A stretch of 64,000 nt of DNA from Clostridia bacterium (lineage in GTDB: Bacteria; Bacillota; Clostridia; Oscillospirales; CAG-272), in the NCBI GenBank assembly GCA_017463665.1, contig JAFTOT010000035.1, positions 4,996 to 68,995 of the forward strand, given 5' to 3'. Position 1 is the stretch's first letter. Each line of letters starts with the position of its first letter. Below, one piece after another: positions 10,475-20,216 of this stretch. Both the position numbers and the translations under genes were made by a program. Under the pieces are notes generated by a model, which had not been told where the DNA came from, searched no databases, and was given only the letters and a program-made list of their open reading frames with translations.

Positions 10475-12751
10475 TTAGTTCTCCTCAGCCTGCGTCAGAG
10501 CGGGCGCTTCTGCTTTATAGCCGCACTCCTTATCATGGCAGATATACATGTCTTTTCCCTTCTTGCGGAAGAGCATTTTGCCGCAATTCGGGCACTTTTC
10601 GTTAGTAGGCATATCCCATGCGGAAAAATCGCAATCCGGATAGCGTTCGCAGCTATAGAACAACGTTCTGTTTCTGCCCATTTTGGAAACCAGCTTTGCA
10701 CCGCACTTGGGACAGGCAACGCCGATATCCTTGGAGCGCTGCTTGGTAAACTTGCAGGTAGGATAGTTTGCACATGCGTAGAAGCTGCCGTATCTGCCGC
10801 TGCGCAGAACCATATCGCCGCCGCAAAGTTCACACTTAAAATCAGCAACAACGAGCTTCTTCTCTTCTTCGCTCTTTTCTGCTTTATCCAGAGGCTTCGT
10901 GTTCTTGCAAGTCGGATAATTGGGGCATGCTGCAAAGCGACCGAAGCGACCGTTTTTCACGATCATACGGCTGCCGCATTTATCACAGATAATATCCGTT
11001 TCCTCTGCGGGAACCTCGATGGTTTCTTTAGAGAGCGTTTCGTTCGCTTTTTCGAGCGACTTTGCAAAACTTGCATAGAATTCGCCGAGGACGCCTTCCA
11101 TGGTGCTTTCGCCGTGTTCAATACCATCGAGTTTATCTTCCATCTGCGCCGTGAACGTGTAGTCAACGATCTCAGGAAAATTCTCTACCATCAGCTTGGT
11201 CGTTACCTCGCCGAGCGTTGTCGGAACAAGGGACTTACCCTCGCGCGTGACATAGTTACGCGCGATGATCGTTGTAATGATAGGCGTATAGGTACTCGGA
11301 CGACCGATACCTTTCTCCTCGAGAAATTTGATCAGCGAAGCTTCGGTAAAACGCGGGGGAGCTTCGGTAAAATGCTGCAGGCTGTCGAAATCATCCAGCT
11401 TCAGCATGTCCTGCTCATGGATCGTAGGAAGCTTTTGGTTTTTATCCTCTTCGCTGTGCTCGTTTTTCGGCTGATCGTCCTGCGATTCCTCATATACAGC
11501 CATATATCCCTGGAATTTGACCGTATAACCACTGGTGCGGAAAGTATAGCCATTCGCATCGAAGTCAATGGTTTCGGTATCAAATACCGCAGATGCCATC
11601 TGGCTTGCAACAAAACGATCCCAGATGAGCTTATACAGCTTATACTGATCGCTCGAAAGGTACTTGCGAATCTGTGCAGGCTCAAGCTGCACATTGGAGG
11701 GGCGAATAGCTTCGTGCGCATCCTGTGCCCCTGCCTTGGTTTTATACACACGAGGGCGGGACGGGCAGTAGCTGTCACCGTATTTCTCGGCGATCAGCGA
11801 AAGCGCCGCACTCTGCGCATCCGTAGAAATACGGAGCGAGTCTGTACGCATGTAGGTGATAAGACCTTGCACACCGCCGTTTTCGCTGCCGAGGTTTACG
11901 CCTTCGTACAGCTCCTGCGCAACGCGCATGATCCTCTGCGATTGGAATCCGAGCTTGCGAGACGCTTCCTGCTGCATCGTCGAGGTTGTGAAAGGCGGAG
12001 CGGGCTGCTTAGTCTTTGCAGCTTTCTTGACGCTGACACAAAGAAAATCGCCATTGCCGATCTCGGCAAGCACAGCATCTACATCCGCGCCGGAAGCAAG
12101 CTTTACCTTACTCTTCCCTTTGCTGACCAGACGAGCCTTTACCGACTTTTTCTCGGCGGTATTCAGCAGCGCGTCGATTGTCCAATACTCCTGCGGTACG
12201 AATGCCCTGATTTCAGCCTCACGGTCTACGATAATGCGCGTAGCAACGGATTGTACGCGACCGCCCGACAGACCGCTCTTGACACTTTTCCAAAGGAACG
12301 GACTGATTTTATAGCCAACGATTCTATCCAAAATTCGGCGCGCTTGCTGAGAGTTTACCAATTCCTCATCGATCTCGCGTGGATTTTTGATCGCTTCTTT
12401 GATCGCCGTTTTGGTAATTTCATTGAACGCAACACGATAGCACTTTTCGGGGGCAATACCAAGCGCCGTTGCAAGATGCCAGGAAATCGCCTCTCCCTCG
12501 CGGTCAGGGTCCGTCGCGAGGAACACTTTGTTTGCCGCTTTCGCATCTTTTTTGAGCGACTTGATCAGATCGCCCTTGCCACGAATATTGATATAATGCG
12601 CAGCAAAATTATTCTCTATATCTACGCCAAGGCTGCTTTTCGGCAGATCACGAACATGTCCTTTAGACGCAACAACTTTATAGTTACTGCCGAGATAGCT
12701 CTTGATCGTACTTGCCTTAGCGGGTGACTCCACAATTACTAAATTCGCCAT
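10475..12751 (-). CDS. topA: DNA topoisomerase I
   Basis: 758 aa. TOPRIM N-terminus (LVIVESPAKA), a catalytic core, and several C-terminal CxxC zinc ribbons. Confidence 0.95.
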   Translation of the reverse strand: MANLVIVESPAKASTIKSYLGSNYKVVASKGHVRDLPKSSLGVDIENNFAAHYINIRGKGDLIKSLKKDAKAANKVFLATDPDREGEAISWHLATALGIAPEKCYRVAFNEITKTAIKEAIKNPREIDEELVNSQQARRILDRIVGYKISPFLWKSVKSGLSGGRVQSVATRIIVDREAEIRAFVPQEYWTIDALLNTAEKKSVKARLVSKGKSKVKLASGADVDAVLAEIGNGDFLCVSVKKAAKTKQPAPPFTTSTMQQEASRKLGFQSQRIMRVAQELYEGVNLGSENGGVQGLITYMRTDSLRISTDAQSAALSLIAEKYGDSYCPSRPRVYKTKAGAQDAHEAIRPSNVQLEPAQIRKYLSSDQYKLYKLIWDRFVASQMASAVFDTETIDFDANGYTFRTSGYTVKFQGYMAVYEESQDDQPKNEHSEEDKNQKLPTIHEQDMLKLDDFDSLQHFTEAPPRFTEASLIKFLEEKGIGRPSTYTPIITTIIARNYVTREGKSLVPTTLGEVTTKLMVENFPEIVDYTFTAQMEDKLDGIEHGESTMEGVLGEFYASFAKSLEKANETLSKETIEVPAEETDIICDKCGSRMIVKNGRFGRFAACPNYPTCKNTKPLDKAEKSEEEKKLVVADFKCELCGGDMVLRSGRYGSFYACANYPTCKFTKQRSKDIGVACPKCGAKLVSKMGRNRTLFYSCERYPDCDFSAWDMPTNEKCPNCGKMLFRKKGKDMYICHDKECGYKAEAPALTQAEEN

Positions 12752-12790
12752 TCTTAAAATTCTGCAAATGCAGATCCTTTCTTTTATGGT

Positions 12791-14050
12791 TTATGCTCTG
12801 CGATACCGGTTGCCTGGGAGCTCCGTTACCGCGCCCTTGATACCAAGAGACAGAAGATGCATGGTGACATCGGCTACCGATTGTCCGGTTGCCGAAACGA
12901 TCAGATCCATGCTGACATCTCCCTCTTCGGGAATAAAATCATACACTGTTTTTTCAGCAGGAGACATGGTGACAAACTCTCTTGCCGGTTCTTTTTGTTC
13001 CTTCTCCATGCCCAACGCAGAGGCTTGTTCAATGTCCTCATCCGTATTTGTGCCGCGAAAACTGCCGAGACGAATCACGCGGTTATCATCTTTCTTGGAA
13101 GAAACGCCGTATCGGTTTGCCGCCTTTTTGGCGTCATACCGCATGGCGCCGATGGCACTGCTGTCAAGATCCGGAAACGCAGCCGACTCAAACGACTCTA
13201 AAATATCCATAGCAGAGGTTGCCATAACAGCACCGTTTTTAATCAGCCGATTGGCACCGGCACTGTTCGGCATATCTACGGCACCCGGGATCGCAAATAC
13301 AGGTCTGCCCTGCGCGGCAGCATACTCCGCCGTGATCAGCGCGCCGCTGCGTTCGGGACATTCTACGACCAACGTGCAGCGCGCAAGTCCGCTGATAATG
13401 CGATTGCGCTGCGGGAAATGCGCAGCATCCGATGCCGCTCCCGGAGGATACTCACTGAGTACGAGTCCATCTTTTAATATGCTGTTATACAGTTTTTTAT
13501 GTACCTTTGGATATACAACATCCGCACCGCCGCCGAGTACCGCTACCGTTTGTGCCTGTGCATCCAACGCTCCCGCGGCAGCCATGCCGTCCGCACCGAG
13601 CGCCATACCGCTGACAACGATCGCACCGGCGGACGCGAGCTCGTATGCGAAACGGTACGCCATATCTCTGCCGTAGTCGCTCATCTGCCGTGTACCGACA
13701 ACAGCAACACAGAGTTTACGGTCAAAATCGATCGGTCGTCCCCTGAAATACAAGACAGCAGGCGGCTTATCCGTATACTTTAAAACGCGCGGATACCGGG
13801 GATCGGCATAGGTCATAATGCCTATACCCGCAGCCCGACAGTTTTCCAATATGCGCTCGGCACGATCCAGGCTTTTATCGGTCAAACGTGTCTTGACAGA
13901 CTCGGGGATCTTATCCAGTGACAGCAGTTCGCTGCTTTCCGCATCATAAATATCCTTTGGGGAGGCATGTGTCGCAAGAAGCCTGCTGAGGTACGGACTT
14001 GCCGCACCAAGCTTAATAGAAAGCCAGGTCCAGTATAAACTCTCGCTCAT
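12791..14050 (-). CDS. dprA: DNA processing protein DprA (Smf)
   Basis: Rossmann-like core VVSGMALGADGMAAAGAL...GRPVFAIPG. Start set to ATG at 14050 (MSESLYW...), preceded by GGAGGGAC. The 14161 start would overlap the upstream gene. Confidence 0.88.
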   Translation of the reverse strand: MSESLYWTWLSIKLGAASPYLSRLLATHASPKDIYDAESSELLSLDKIPESVKTRLTDKSLDRAERILENCRAAGIGIMTYADPRYPRVLKYTDKPPAVLYFRGRPIDFDRKLCVAVVGTRQMSDYGRDMAYRFAYELASAGAIVVSGMALGADGMAAAGALDAQAQTVAVLGGGADVVYPKVHKKLYNSILKDGLVLSEYPPGAASDAAHFPQRNRIISGLARCTLVVECPERSGALITAEYAAAQGRPVFAIPGAVDMPNSAGANRLIKNGAVMATSAMDILESFESAAFPDLDSSAIGAMRYDAKKAANRYGVSSKKDDNRVIRLGSFRGTNTDEDIEQASALGMEKEQKEPAREFVTMSPAEKTVYDFIPEEGDVSMDLIVSATGQSVADVTMHLLSLGIKGAVTELPGNRYRRA

Positions 14051-14067
14051 AATAGTCCCTCCAAGTC

Positions 14068-14895
14068 TTATTTTTGTACAAATGCTAAAATAGACGCTGC
14101 GATCGCGGCGTTCAGCGATTCGGAATTCGGTGCGATCGGAATATACACGCTGCCCGTGCAAATTGCAGACAGCTCTTTGGGGATCCCGTGTCCCTCATTG
14201 CCGATCATAAAGCAATCGGACGCAGTAATCTGTAAATCGTCCAACGAGACTGCGCCCTCTCTGAGTTCAGCGCAAAAAACGCGTCTGCCCGTTTCCATCA
14301 GCGCGGCAGGCACCGAAGAAAAGTCAGAAACAAAATCGACCTTCAACTTAAAAAATGCGCCCATAGCAGCACGCATAGCGCGGCTGCCATACGGATCCGC
14401 CGTGTCTGCACTGACGATCAAGCGGTCAAATCCAAATGCCGCTGCACTCCGCGCGATCGTACCGACATTACCGGGATCCCGCAGTGCATACAACAGCATG
14501 ATCTTCTCATCGGCACAGCGTAAGACGTCATTTCTTTCTATTTTATTATAAAAATTGAAATTGTCAAGATGTTTTGCAACGCAAATTACGCCATCGGGAG
14601 ATTTTTCTGTGCTTATTTTGGTAAACACGCTCTCCGACAAACGAAAAAGCTTCGTCTGTGCATAAATCGATACATTCTGCATTTTTTGCAATGTACGCTC
14701 GGTGATCGCATGCGTTTTCTCTTCACACAGCAAAACCGCTTCTATTCCGATGCCGAAATCCACCGCCTCGGCAAAAAGCTTGGCGCCTTCGAGCAAAAAT
14801 AATTTTTCGTTTTCCCGATACTTTTTATCCGTCAGCTTCGCATATTTTTGCACAAAAGGATTCGCGCGGCTACTGATGTATGTTATTTCTTGCAT
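14068..14895 (-). CDS. TrmH/SpoU-family RNA 2'-O-methyltransferase
   Basis: 275 aa. SpoU methylase motifs (DPGNVGTIARSA, GNEGHGI) and an N-terminal substrate-binding domain. Position after rplT resembles B. subtilis ysgA. Confidence 0.8.
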   Translation of the reverse strand: MQEITYISSRANPFVQKYAKLTDKKYRENEKLFLLEGAKLFAEAVDFGIGIEAVLLCEEKTHAITERTLQKMQNVSIYAQTKLFRLSESVFTKISTEKSPDGVICVAKHLDNFNFYNKIERNDVLRCADEKIMLLYALRDPGNVGTIARSAAAFGFDRLIVSADTADPYGSRAMRAAMGAFFKLKVDFVSDFSSVPAALMETGRRVFCAELREGAVSLDDLQITASDCFMIGNEGHGIPKELSAICTGSVYIPIAPNSESLNAAIAASILAFVQK

Positions 14896-14939
14896 ATTGA
14901 GCTCCTAAACAAACGCTGTAAAACATCCCATAAAACGCT

Positions 14940-14965
14940 AAAAACCCGGTGGTTACCGGGTTTTT
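14940..14965. terminator. intrinsic terminator after rplT
   Basis: CCCGGT-GGTT-ACCGGG hairpin flanked by an A-run and a T-run (AAAAACCCGGTGGTTACCGGGTTTTT). Confidence 0.6.
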
Positions 14966-14974
14966 ATACTGCAA

Positions 14975-15328
14975 TTAAAGGGCAGCTTTAGCTTTTTCTG
15001 CGATAGCTGCGAACGCTTCCTTGTCGTAAACAGCGATCTCAGCGAGCATCTTTCTGTTGAGGTCGATGCCTGCCTTCTTGAGACCGTGCATAAGCGTGGA
15101 ATAGTTCATACCGCAAACCTTTGCCTGCGCGGAAATTCTGGTGATCCAAAGAGAACGCATGTCTCTCTTCTTCATCTTTCTGCCGGCGAAAGCATAGTTA
15201 CCGCTCTTGAGAACAGCTTGCTTCGCCATCTTGAAGTGCTTGCTCTTTGCACCCCAATAACCCTTAGCAGCCTTCAGTACACTCTTTCTTCTCTTGCGCG
15301 TCATCATGGCGCCTTTTACTCTTGCCAT
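14975..15328 (-). CDS. rplT: 50S ribosomal protein L20
   Basis: 117 aa with [15 protein letters not shown]..., canonical L20. Confidence 0.95.
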   Translation of the reverse strand: MARVKGAMMTRKRRKSVLKAAKGYWGAKSKHFKMAKQAVLKSGNYAFAGRKMKKRDMRSLWITRISAQAKVCGMNYSTLMHGLKKAGIDLNRKMLAEIAVYDKEAFAAIAEKAKAAL

Positions 15329-15371
15329 TTTATTGAATCCTCCAAATTAACTGATTTTTAGATAGCAGCGA

Positions 15372-15566
15372 TTACTTCTGAATGAGCGCCTTGATCGTAG
15401 GTGCCATAGAAGTGCTCAGGTATGCGCCCTTGCGAAGCGATCTCTTACGCTTAGCGGTCTTGATGCCGAGCTTATGACGATGCTGCGAATGGTTCATTTT
15501 TACTTTGCCGCTGCCGGTAACGCTGAATCTCTTAGCCGACGCCTTGTGTGTCTTGATTTTTCCCAT
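15372..15566 (-). CDS. rpmI: 50S ribosomal protein L35
   Basis: 64 aa with MGKIKTHKASAKRF..., canonical L35. Confidence 0.95.
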   Translation of the reverse strand: MGKIKTHKASAKRFSVTGSGKVKMNHSQHRHKLGIKTAKRKRSLRKGAYLSTSMAPTIKALIQK

Positions 15567-15624
15567 GGTTATATCTCCTTTTCAGTGTAAACTGTTCTAT
15601 ATAAATTCGCGCCCGAACTTATAC

Positions 15625-16143
15625 TTACTTTTTAATCGGAGCAATGATGGTGGACATAAATCTGCCCTCCATCGTGATGCCCTTTTCCGAGGTTCCGACA
15701 TCAGCACAAGCTTCAAGGAATTTCTCCAGCATTGCGCGACCGATATCCTGATGTGCCATCTCGCGGCCCTTGAAACGAACGATCGCCTTTACCTTATCGC
15801 CGCCCTCGAGGAACTTACGTGCGTGATTTGCGCGCGTCTCAAAATCGTGAGTGTCAATACGGCAAGAAAGCTGTACTTCCTTTACTTTGACGATCTGCTG
15901 TTTCTTTCTGGCTTCTTTTTGCTTTTTGTCGCGCTCAAAACGGAACTTGCCATAGTCCATAACGCGGCATACCGGCGGGTCTGCCTGCGGAGAAATCAGC
16001 ACAAGATCGAGCCCTTTGTTATAGGCGATCTCCTTTGCCTGCGAAAGAGGGAGAATACCGATCTGTTCGCCGTCGTCGCCGATCACACGTACTTCTTTGG
16101 CTCTGATATCGTCGTTGATCTGCGTAGTATCCTTTGTGCTAAT
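15625..16143 (-). CDS. infC: translation initiation factor IF-3 (ATT start)
   Basis: The IF-3 sequence begins ISTKDTTQINDDIRAKEVRVIGDDGEQ. Codon 16143..16141 is ATT, 8 nt downstream of GGAGG. The 245-aa track ORF is an upstream read-through extension. Confidence 0.9.
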   Translation of the reverse strand: MSTKDTTQINDDIRAKEVRVIGDDGEQIGILPLSQAKEIAYNKGLDLVLISPQADPPVCRVMDYGKFRFERDKKQKEARKKQQIVKVKEVQLSCRIDTHDFETRANHARKFLEGGDKVKAIVRFKGREMAHQDIGRAMLEKFLEACADVGTSEKGITMEGRFMSTIIAPIKK

Positions 16144-16320
16144 GAAAAACACCTCCAGTAAAATCAAAAAATGCGAAGAAAAACTCTCCGCACACCGATA
16201 TCCGCCTTTACAGCGGTAAACGTTATTAACCGCGACAGCGCCGTTGCCGTCGGGTGAGAACGGAGTGAGTTCTTCTTTGTTTTGCCATAAAAGGATACCA
16301 CACGCCGCCAAGTTTGTCAA
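16144..16320 (-). promoter_or_regulatory. infC-rpmI-rplT promoter plus structured leader (candidate L20-responsive attenuator)
   Basis: On the minus strand: TTGACA (16320..16315), a 17-nt spacer, then TATCCT (16297..16292). A leader of about 145 nt follows with several GC-rich hairpins. It ends in GCGGAG-N7-CTTCGC followed by ATTTTTTGATTTT, just before the RBS. Confidence 0.45.
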
Positions 16321-16495
16321 CAGTTTTTTATAATTTTTTTCGATTTTACAAAAATTCATCAAGAATTCACCGAAAATCCCGACGAAATTTCGCTTTTACC
16401 TATGGAAATCTGCGCAGATATATGATATACTATTAAATTGAAATATTATTGTTTGCGAAAGGACTGCGGCAAATATGCCGCGGAGTTTTTAATAC

Positions 16496-18913
16496 ATGTC
16501 TGAAACTTGTTTTACAAATGAACAGATCCGCCTGCCCGTAGTACCGCTGCGCGGCATGGTGGCTTTCCCTTCCATTCCGATGAGTCTGGAGGTTGCCAGA
16601 GAAAAATCCATTCACGCCATTCGCGCCGCAGAGCGTCTCGGCGGCTGCATCATGCTGATCGCGCAAAAAGACATCTCCGTGGAAAAACCATCCCCGGATG
16701 ATCTCTACCGCATCGGTACGATCGCAAAGATCAAACAAACCGTCAAAACCAACGAAGGCAGCGTACGTGTAATTCTGGAGGGCAAAAGCCGTGCTTCGGT
16801 ACTGGAATACACACAAAATGACCGCTACCTCAGCGCCGTTGTCAACAGTGCCGAGGTTCCCGCAGCCGAGGACAGCATCTACAAAGAAGCGCTGATGCGG
16901 CAGGCGTTTTCGGCACTGGAGCGTGTAACGTCTCTCATGCCGAAGATCTCCGATGAAATGATCTATTCGGTGCACACCATTCACGACGCGGGACTTCTTG
17001 CGGATTTCATCGCTGCAAATATTCTGATCCGCTTTGAAGACAAGCAGGAGATTCTGGAAGAGCTCGACCCCATTGCACGTCTGACCGCCATTCTTTCCAT
17101 GTTGGAAAGCGAGGAAGACATTTTGCGTTGCGAGATGGATATTCACAAGCAAGTACGCGCAAAAATGGATCAAAACCAGCGTGACTTTTATCTGCGCGAG
17201 CAGATAAAAGTGATCCAAGGTGAACTGGGCGATGACGGACAAAGCGAGATCGACGAGTTTTTCGACAGAATCGAAGATGCGCACCTGCCGCAGGAAATCG
17301 AAGATAAACTTGTAAAAGAGACCAATCGCCTTGCGAAAACGCCTTACGGCTCCGCAGAGAGCACGGTTTTGCATAATTACCTCGAAGAATGCCTTGACAT
17401 TCCTTTCGGCAAATATACAGACGCAGAATGCGACATAAAGAAGGCGCAAGCGATCCTTGCGCGCGACCACGACGGACTGGATGAAGTCAAAGAGCGCATC
17501 TTGGAATTTCTCGCTGCATCGCAGTTCTCGGGAAAGAAAGGCGGACAGATTCTCTGTCTGGTCGGACCTCCCGGCGTGGGCAAAACCTCGATTGCATCCT
17601 CGATTGCGGAAGCGCTCGGCAGAAAATATATCCGCGTGTCGCTCGGCGGCGTACGCGACGAGTCGGATATCCGCGGTCACAGAAAAACCTATGTGGGCGC
17701 CATGCCCGGACGCATCATCGCCGCGCTGCAGCGTGTGGGCGTGATGAATCCGCTGATTCTCCTCGACGAGATCGATAAGCTCACATGCGACGCGCACGGC
17801 GATCCCGCCTCTGCCCTGTTGGAAGTGTTGGACAGCGAGCAAAATAAGACCTTCCGCGATCATTTCGTAGAAATGCCCGTGGATCTTTCCGAATGCGTAT
17901 TTCTCGCTACGGCGAACACGCTGGAGACCGTATCGCGTCCGCTCATTGACCGTATGGAAATCATCGAGCTTAGCACCTACACACGTACCGAAAAGCTGAG
18001 CATCGCAAAAAATCACCTGATTCCCAAGCAGCTTAAAAAACATGGTATTGCAAAGAAGCAGCTTTCCATCTCGCAGACCGCCGTCGCGGAGATCATCGAC
18101 TACTACACCGCGGAAGCGGGTGTGCGCAATCTTGAACGTGAGATCGCCGCGCTCTGCCGTAAAGCTGCAAAAGCACTGCTCGGCGGTGCTGAAAAAGTGA
18201 CCATAAAGGCATCGGACGTTGAAAAATATCTCGGCGCCAGAAAATTCCTTCCCGAGAAGCTTGCCGCTGCGGATGAGATCGGCGTTGTCAACGGACTTGC
18301 CTACACAGCTGTCGGCGGTGACATGCTCAAGATCGAAGCAGCCGTTTTGGAAGGCACGGGCAAGATCGAACTGACAGGATCTCTCGGCGATGTGATGAAG
18401 GAATCCGCGCAGCTTGCCGTAAGCTACGTTCGTTCAGTGGCAAAAGAATACGGCATTGAAACCGACTTTTATAAGACCAAGGACATACATATCCACTTTC
18501 CCGAAGGCGCAGTGCCAAAGGATGGCCCCAGTGCGGGCGTTACCATTGTTTGTGCTCTTGTCAGCGCGCTGACCAACACACCCGTCAAACGCGATGTCGC
18601 CATGACCGGCGAACTCAGCCTGCGCGGTCGCGTAATCCCAATCGGCGGTCTCAAAGAAAAAACCATGGCGGCGTACAGCTGCGGCATCAAAACCGTGCTG
18701 ATCCCTGCAGACAATGTTAAAGATTTGGATAAAATCGATAAAGAAGCACGCGAGCATCTAAACATCGTTCCCTGCAAGTGTGTCCGCGATGTATTGGACA
18801 ATGCTCTCATCCCGAGAAATGCAAGCCAGAAAACGGCTGCCAAAGTCGGCGGCACCGTAAAATCCGATATGAAAAAGAGTGCCGATCCCGATCGGGCGCA
18901 CGCCTCTTTATAA
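16496..18913 (+). CDS. lon: ATP-dependent protease Lon (LonA)
   Basis: 805 aa. LON N-domain, AAA+ Walker A GPPGVGKTS, and protease domain DGPSAGVT...K. Confidence 0.95.
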   Translation: MSETCFTNEQIRLPVVPLRGMVAFPSIPMSLEVAREKSIHAIRAAERLGGCIMLIAQKDISVEKPSPDDLYRIGTIAKIKQTVKTNEGSVRVILEGKSRASVLEYTQNDRYLSAVVNSAEVPAAEDSIYKEALMRQAFSALERVTSLMPKISDEMIYSVHTIHDAGLLADFIAANILIRFEDKQEILEELDPIARLTAILSMLESEEDILRCEMDIHKQVRAKMDQNQRDFYLREQIKVIQGELGDDGQSEIDEFFDRIEDAHLPQEIEDKLVKETNRLAKTPYGSAESTVLHNYLEECLDIPFGKYTDAECDIKKAQAILARDHDGLDEVKERILEFLAASQFSGKKGGQILCLVGPPGVGKTSIASSIAEALGRKYIRVSLGGVRDESDIRGHRKTYVGAMPGRIIAALQRVGVMNPLILLDEIDKLTCDAHGDPASALLEVLDSEQNKTFRDHFVEMPVDLSECVFLATANTLETVSRPLIDRMEIIELSTYTRTEKLSIAKNHLIPKQLKKHGIAKKQLSISQTAVAEIIDYYTAEAGVRNLEREIAALCRKAAKALLGGAEKVTIKASDVEKYLGARKFLPEKLAAADEIGVVNGLAYTAVGGDMLKIEAAVLEGTGKIELTGSLGDVMKESAQLAVSYVRSVAKEYGIETDFYKTKDIHIHFPEGAVPKDGPSAGVTIVCALVSALTNTPVKRDVAMTGELSLRGRVIPIGGLKEKTMAAYSCGIKTVLIPADNVKDLDKIDKEAREHLNIVPCKCVRDVLDNALIPRNASQKTAAKVGGTVKSDMKKSADPDRAHASL

Positions 18914-18922
18914 GGAGAAAAC

Positions 18923-19528
18923 ATGAGCATCAATCTGCAAAACGCCAAGCTGACGATCAGCGCCGGATTGCCGAAGCAGTTTCCGCGCAAAGCTATCCCT
19001 CAGATCGCTTTTTCCGGTCGTTCCAACGTCGGAAAAAGCTCGCTGATCAACACGCTGCTCAGCAGAAAGTCGCTGGCACGCGTCAGCAGTGCCCCGGGAA
19101 AAACCATCACGGTCAACTTTTATGAAGTGGACGAAAAGCTCTTTTTAGTGGATCTGCCCGGCTACGGATTTGCCAAGCGCCCACCCGCTGAAAAAGCAGC
19201 ATGGTCCGCGCTCACGGACGGCTTCTTTACCGGCAATCCCAACATCGATCTTTTAAAGCTGGTCGTGCAGCTGATCGATGCCAAGGTCGGTCCGACGAAA
19301 GATGACCTTATGATGATCGACTGGCTGCAGCAATCCGAAGTACCGTTTATCATTGTCGCAACCAAAATGGATAAGCTGAATAAGACCGATGCGGCAAAGG
19401 CAGAAGGAAAGATACGCACATCGGCAGGGCTCGCCGCGGATACTGTGATCATTCCTTTCTCCTCCGAAACGCGCGAGGGAAAACAAACACTTTGGAACGA
19501 GATCCTGTCCTATGCAGGGCTTGTGTGA
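18923..19528 (+). CDS. engB: ribosome-biogenesis GTPase EngB/YsxC
   Basis: 201 aa with G1 GRSNVGKSSLIN and G3 DLPGYG. lon-ysxC synteny matches B. subtilis. Confidence 0.9.
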   Translation: MSINLQNAKLTISAGLPKQFPRKAIPQIAFSGRSNVGKSSLINTLLSRKSLARVSSAPGKTITVNFYEVDEKLFLVDLPGYGFAKRPPAEKAAWSALTDGFFTGNPNIDLLKLVVQLIDAKVGPTKDDLMMIDWLQQSEVPFIIVATKMDKLNKTDAAKAEGKIRTSAGLAADTVIIPFSSETREGKQTLWNEILSYAGLV

Positions 19529-19538
19529 GGATATTTGA

Positions 19539-20204
19539 ATGAATTTTGATGTTTTTGAATATATACTTCGCATACCAATTATCCTGCTTTCGCTGACCGT
19601 GCATGAGGTCGCGCACGGTTATGCTGCATACAAGCTCGGAGACCCCACCGCAAAAAGCATGGGAAGGCTCAGTCTCAATCCCTTGAAGCACGTGGATCCT
19701 ATCGGTGCGCTGTCTATGCTGCTCTTCCGCATCGGTTGGGCAAAGCCCGTACCGATCAACACGCGCTATTTCAAAAAACCGCGCAGAGACATGGCGCTTT
19801 CCGCCCTTGCAGGTCCGGTTTCCAATCTGCTGATGGCATTTGTGGCATATATCATAAGTGCATATATAGTGCGATTCGGCAGCTATAACAGCTACTTTGA
19901 CGTGTATGCAACGGGCGGAAAACTAGCCTATATTCTCTTTCTGTTTTTCTATACCTTCTTCTCTTTAAACATTTCCCTTGCCGTATTCAATTTACTTCCC
20001 ATACCGCCGCTGGACGGTTCGCGCATCCTTTTGGTATTTCTGCCCGACAAGATCTACTTCGGCATTATGAAGTATGAGCAGATCATTCAGCTTGTGCTCT
20101 TTGCATGCCTGTGGATGGGCTGGCTGGACGGCGTGCTGAGCGCGGTGTTACATCTGTTTGTCACGGCATTCAACTTTGTTATACAGTTCCTCCCATTCTT
20201 ATAA
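19539..20204 (+). CDS. site-2 protease family (M50) membrane metalloprotease
   Basis: 221 aa, polytopic. HEVAHG (HExxH) in the first TM helix and a later NLLPIPPLDG motif. Confidence 0.8.
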   Translation: MNFDVFEYILRIPIILLSLTVHEVAHGYAAYKLGDPTAKSMGRLSLNPLKHVDPIGALSMLLFRIGWAKPVPINTRYFKKPRRDMALSALAGPVSNLLMAFVAYIISAYIVRFGSYNSYFDVYATGGKLAYILFLFFYTFFSLNISLAVFNLLPIPPLDGSRILLVFLPDKIYFGIMKYEQIIQLVLFACLWMGWLDGVLSAVLHLFVTAFNFVIQFLPFL

Positions 20205-20216
20205 GAGGAGACCGCT

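Noticed and set aside
9161-12727. 1188-aa ORF on the plus strand spanning trmFO and topA
   Set aside because: It is in exact antisense codon register with two well-supported minus-strand genes. Its composition is low-complexity and rich in R/F/L/C/I, it has no RBS and no recognisable domain. It is explained by avoidance of TTA/CTA/TCA sense codons.
12791-14161. 456-aa version of dprA starting at 14161
   Set aside because: It would overlap the 3' end of the upstream methyltransferase gene by about 90 nt. ATG at 14050 has a GGAGGGAC RBS and gives a normal DprA N-terminus.
15625-16362. 245-aa version of infC starting at 16362
   Set aside because: The extra 73 residues are not IF-3-like and would read through the promoter and leader. 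ATT at 16143 with a well-spaced GGAGG fits known infC biology.
16433-18043. 536-aa minus-strand ORF opposite lon
   Set aside because: It is a shadow ORF. lon on the plus strand has all of its diagnostic motifs.
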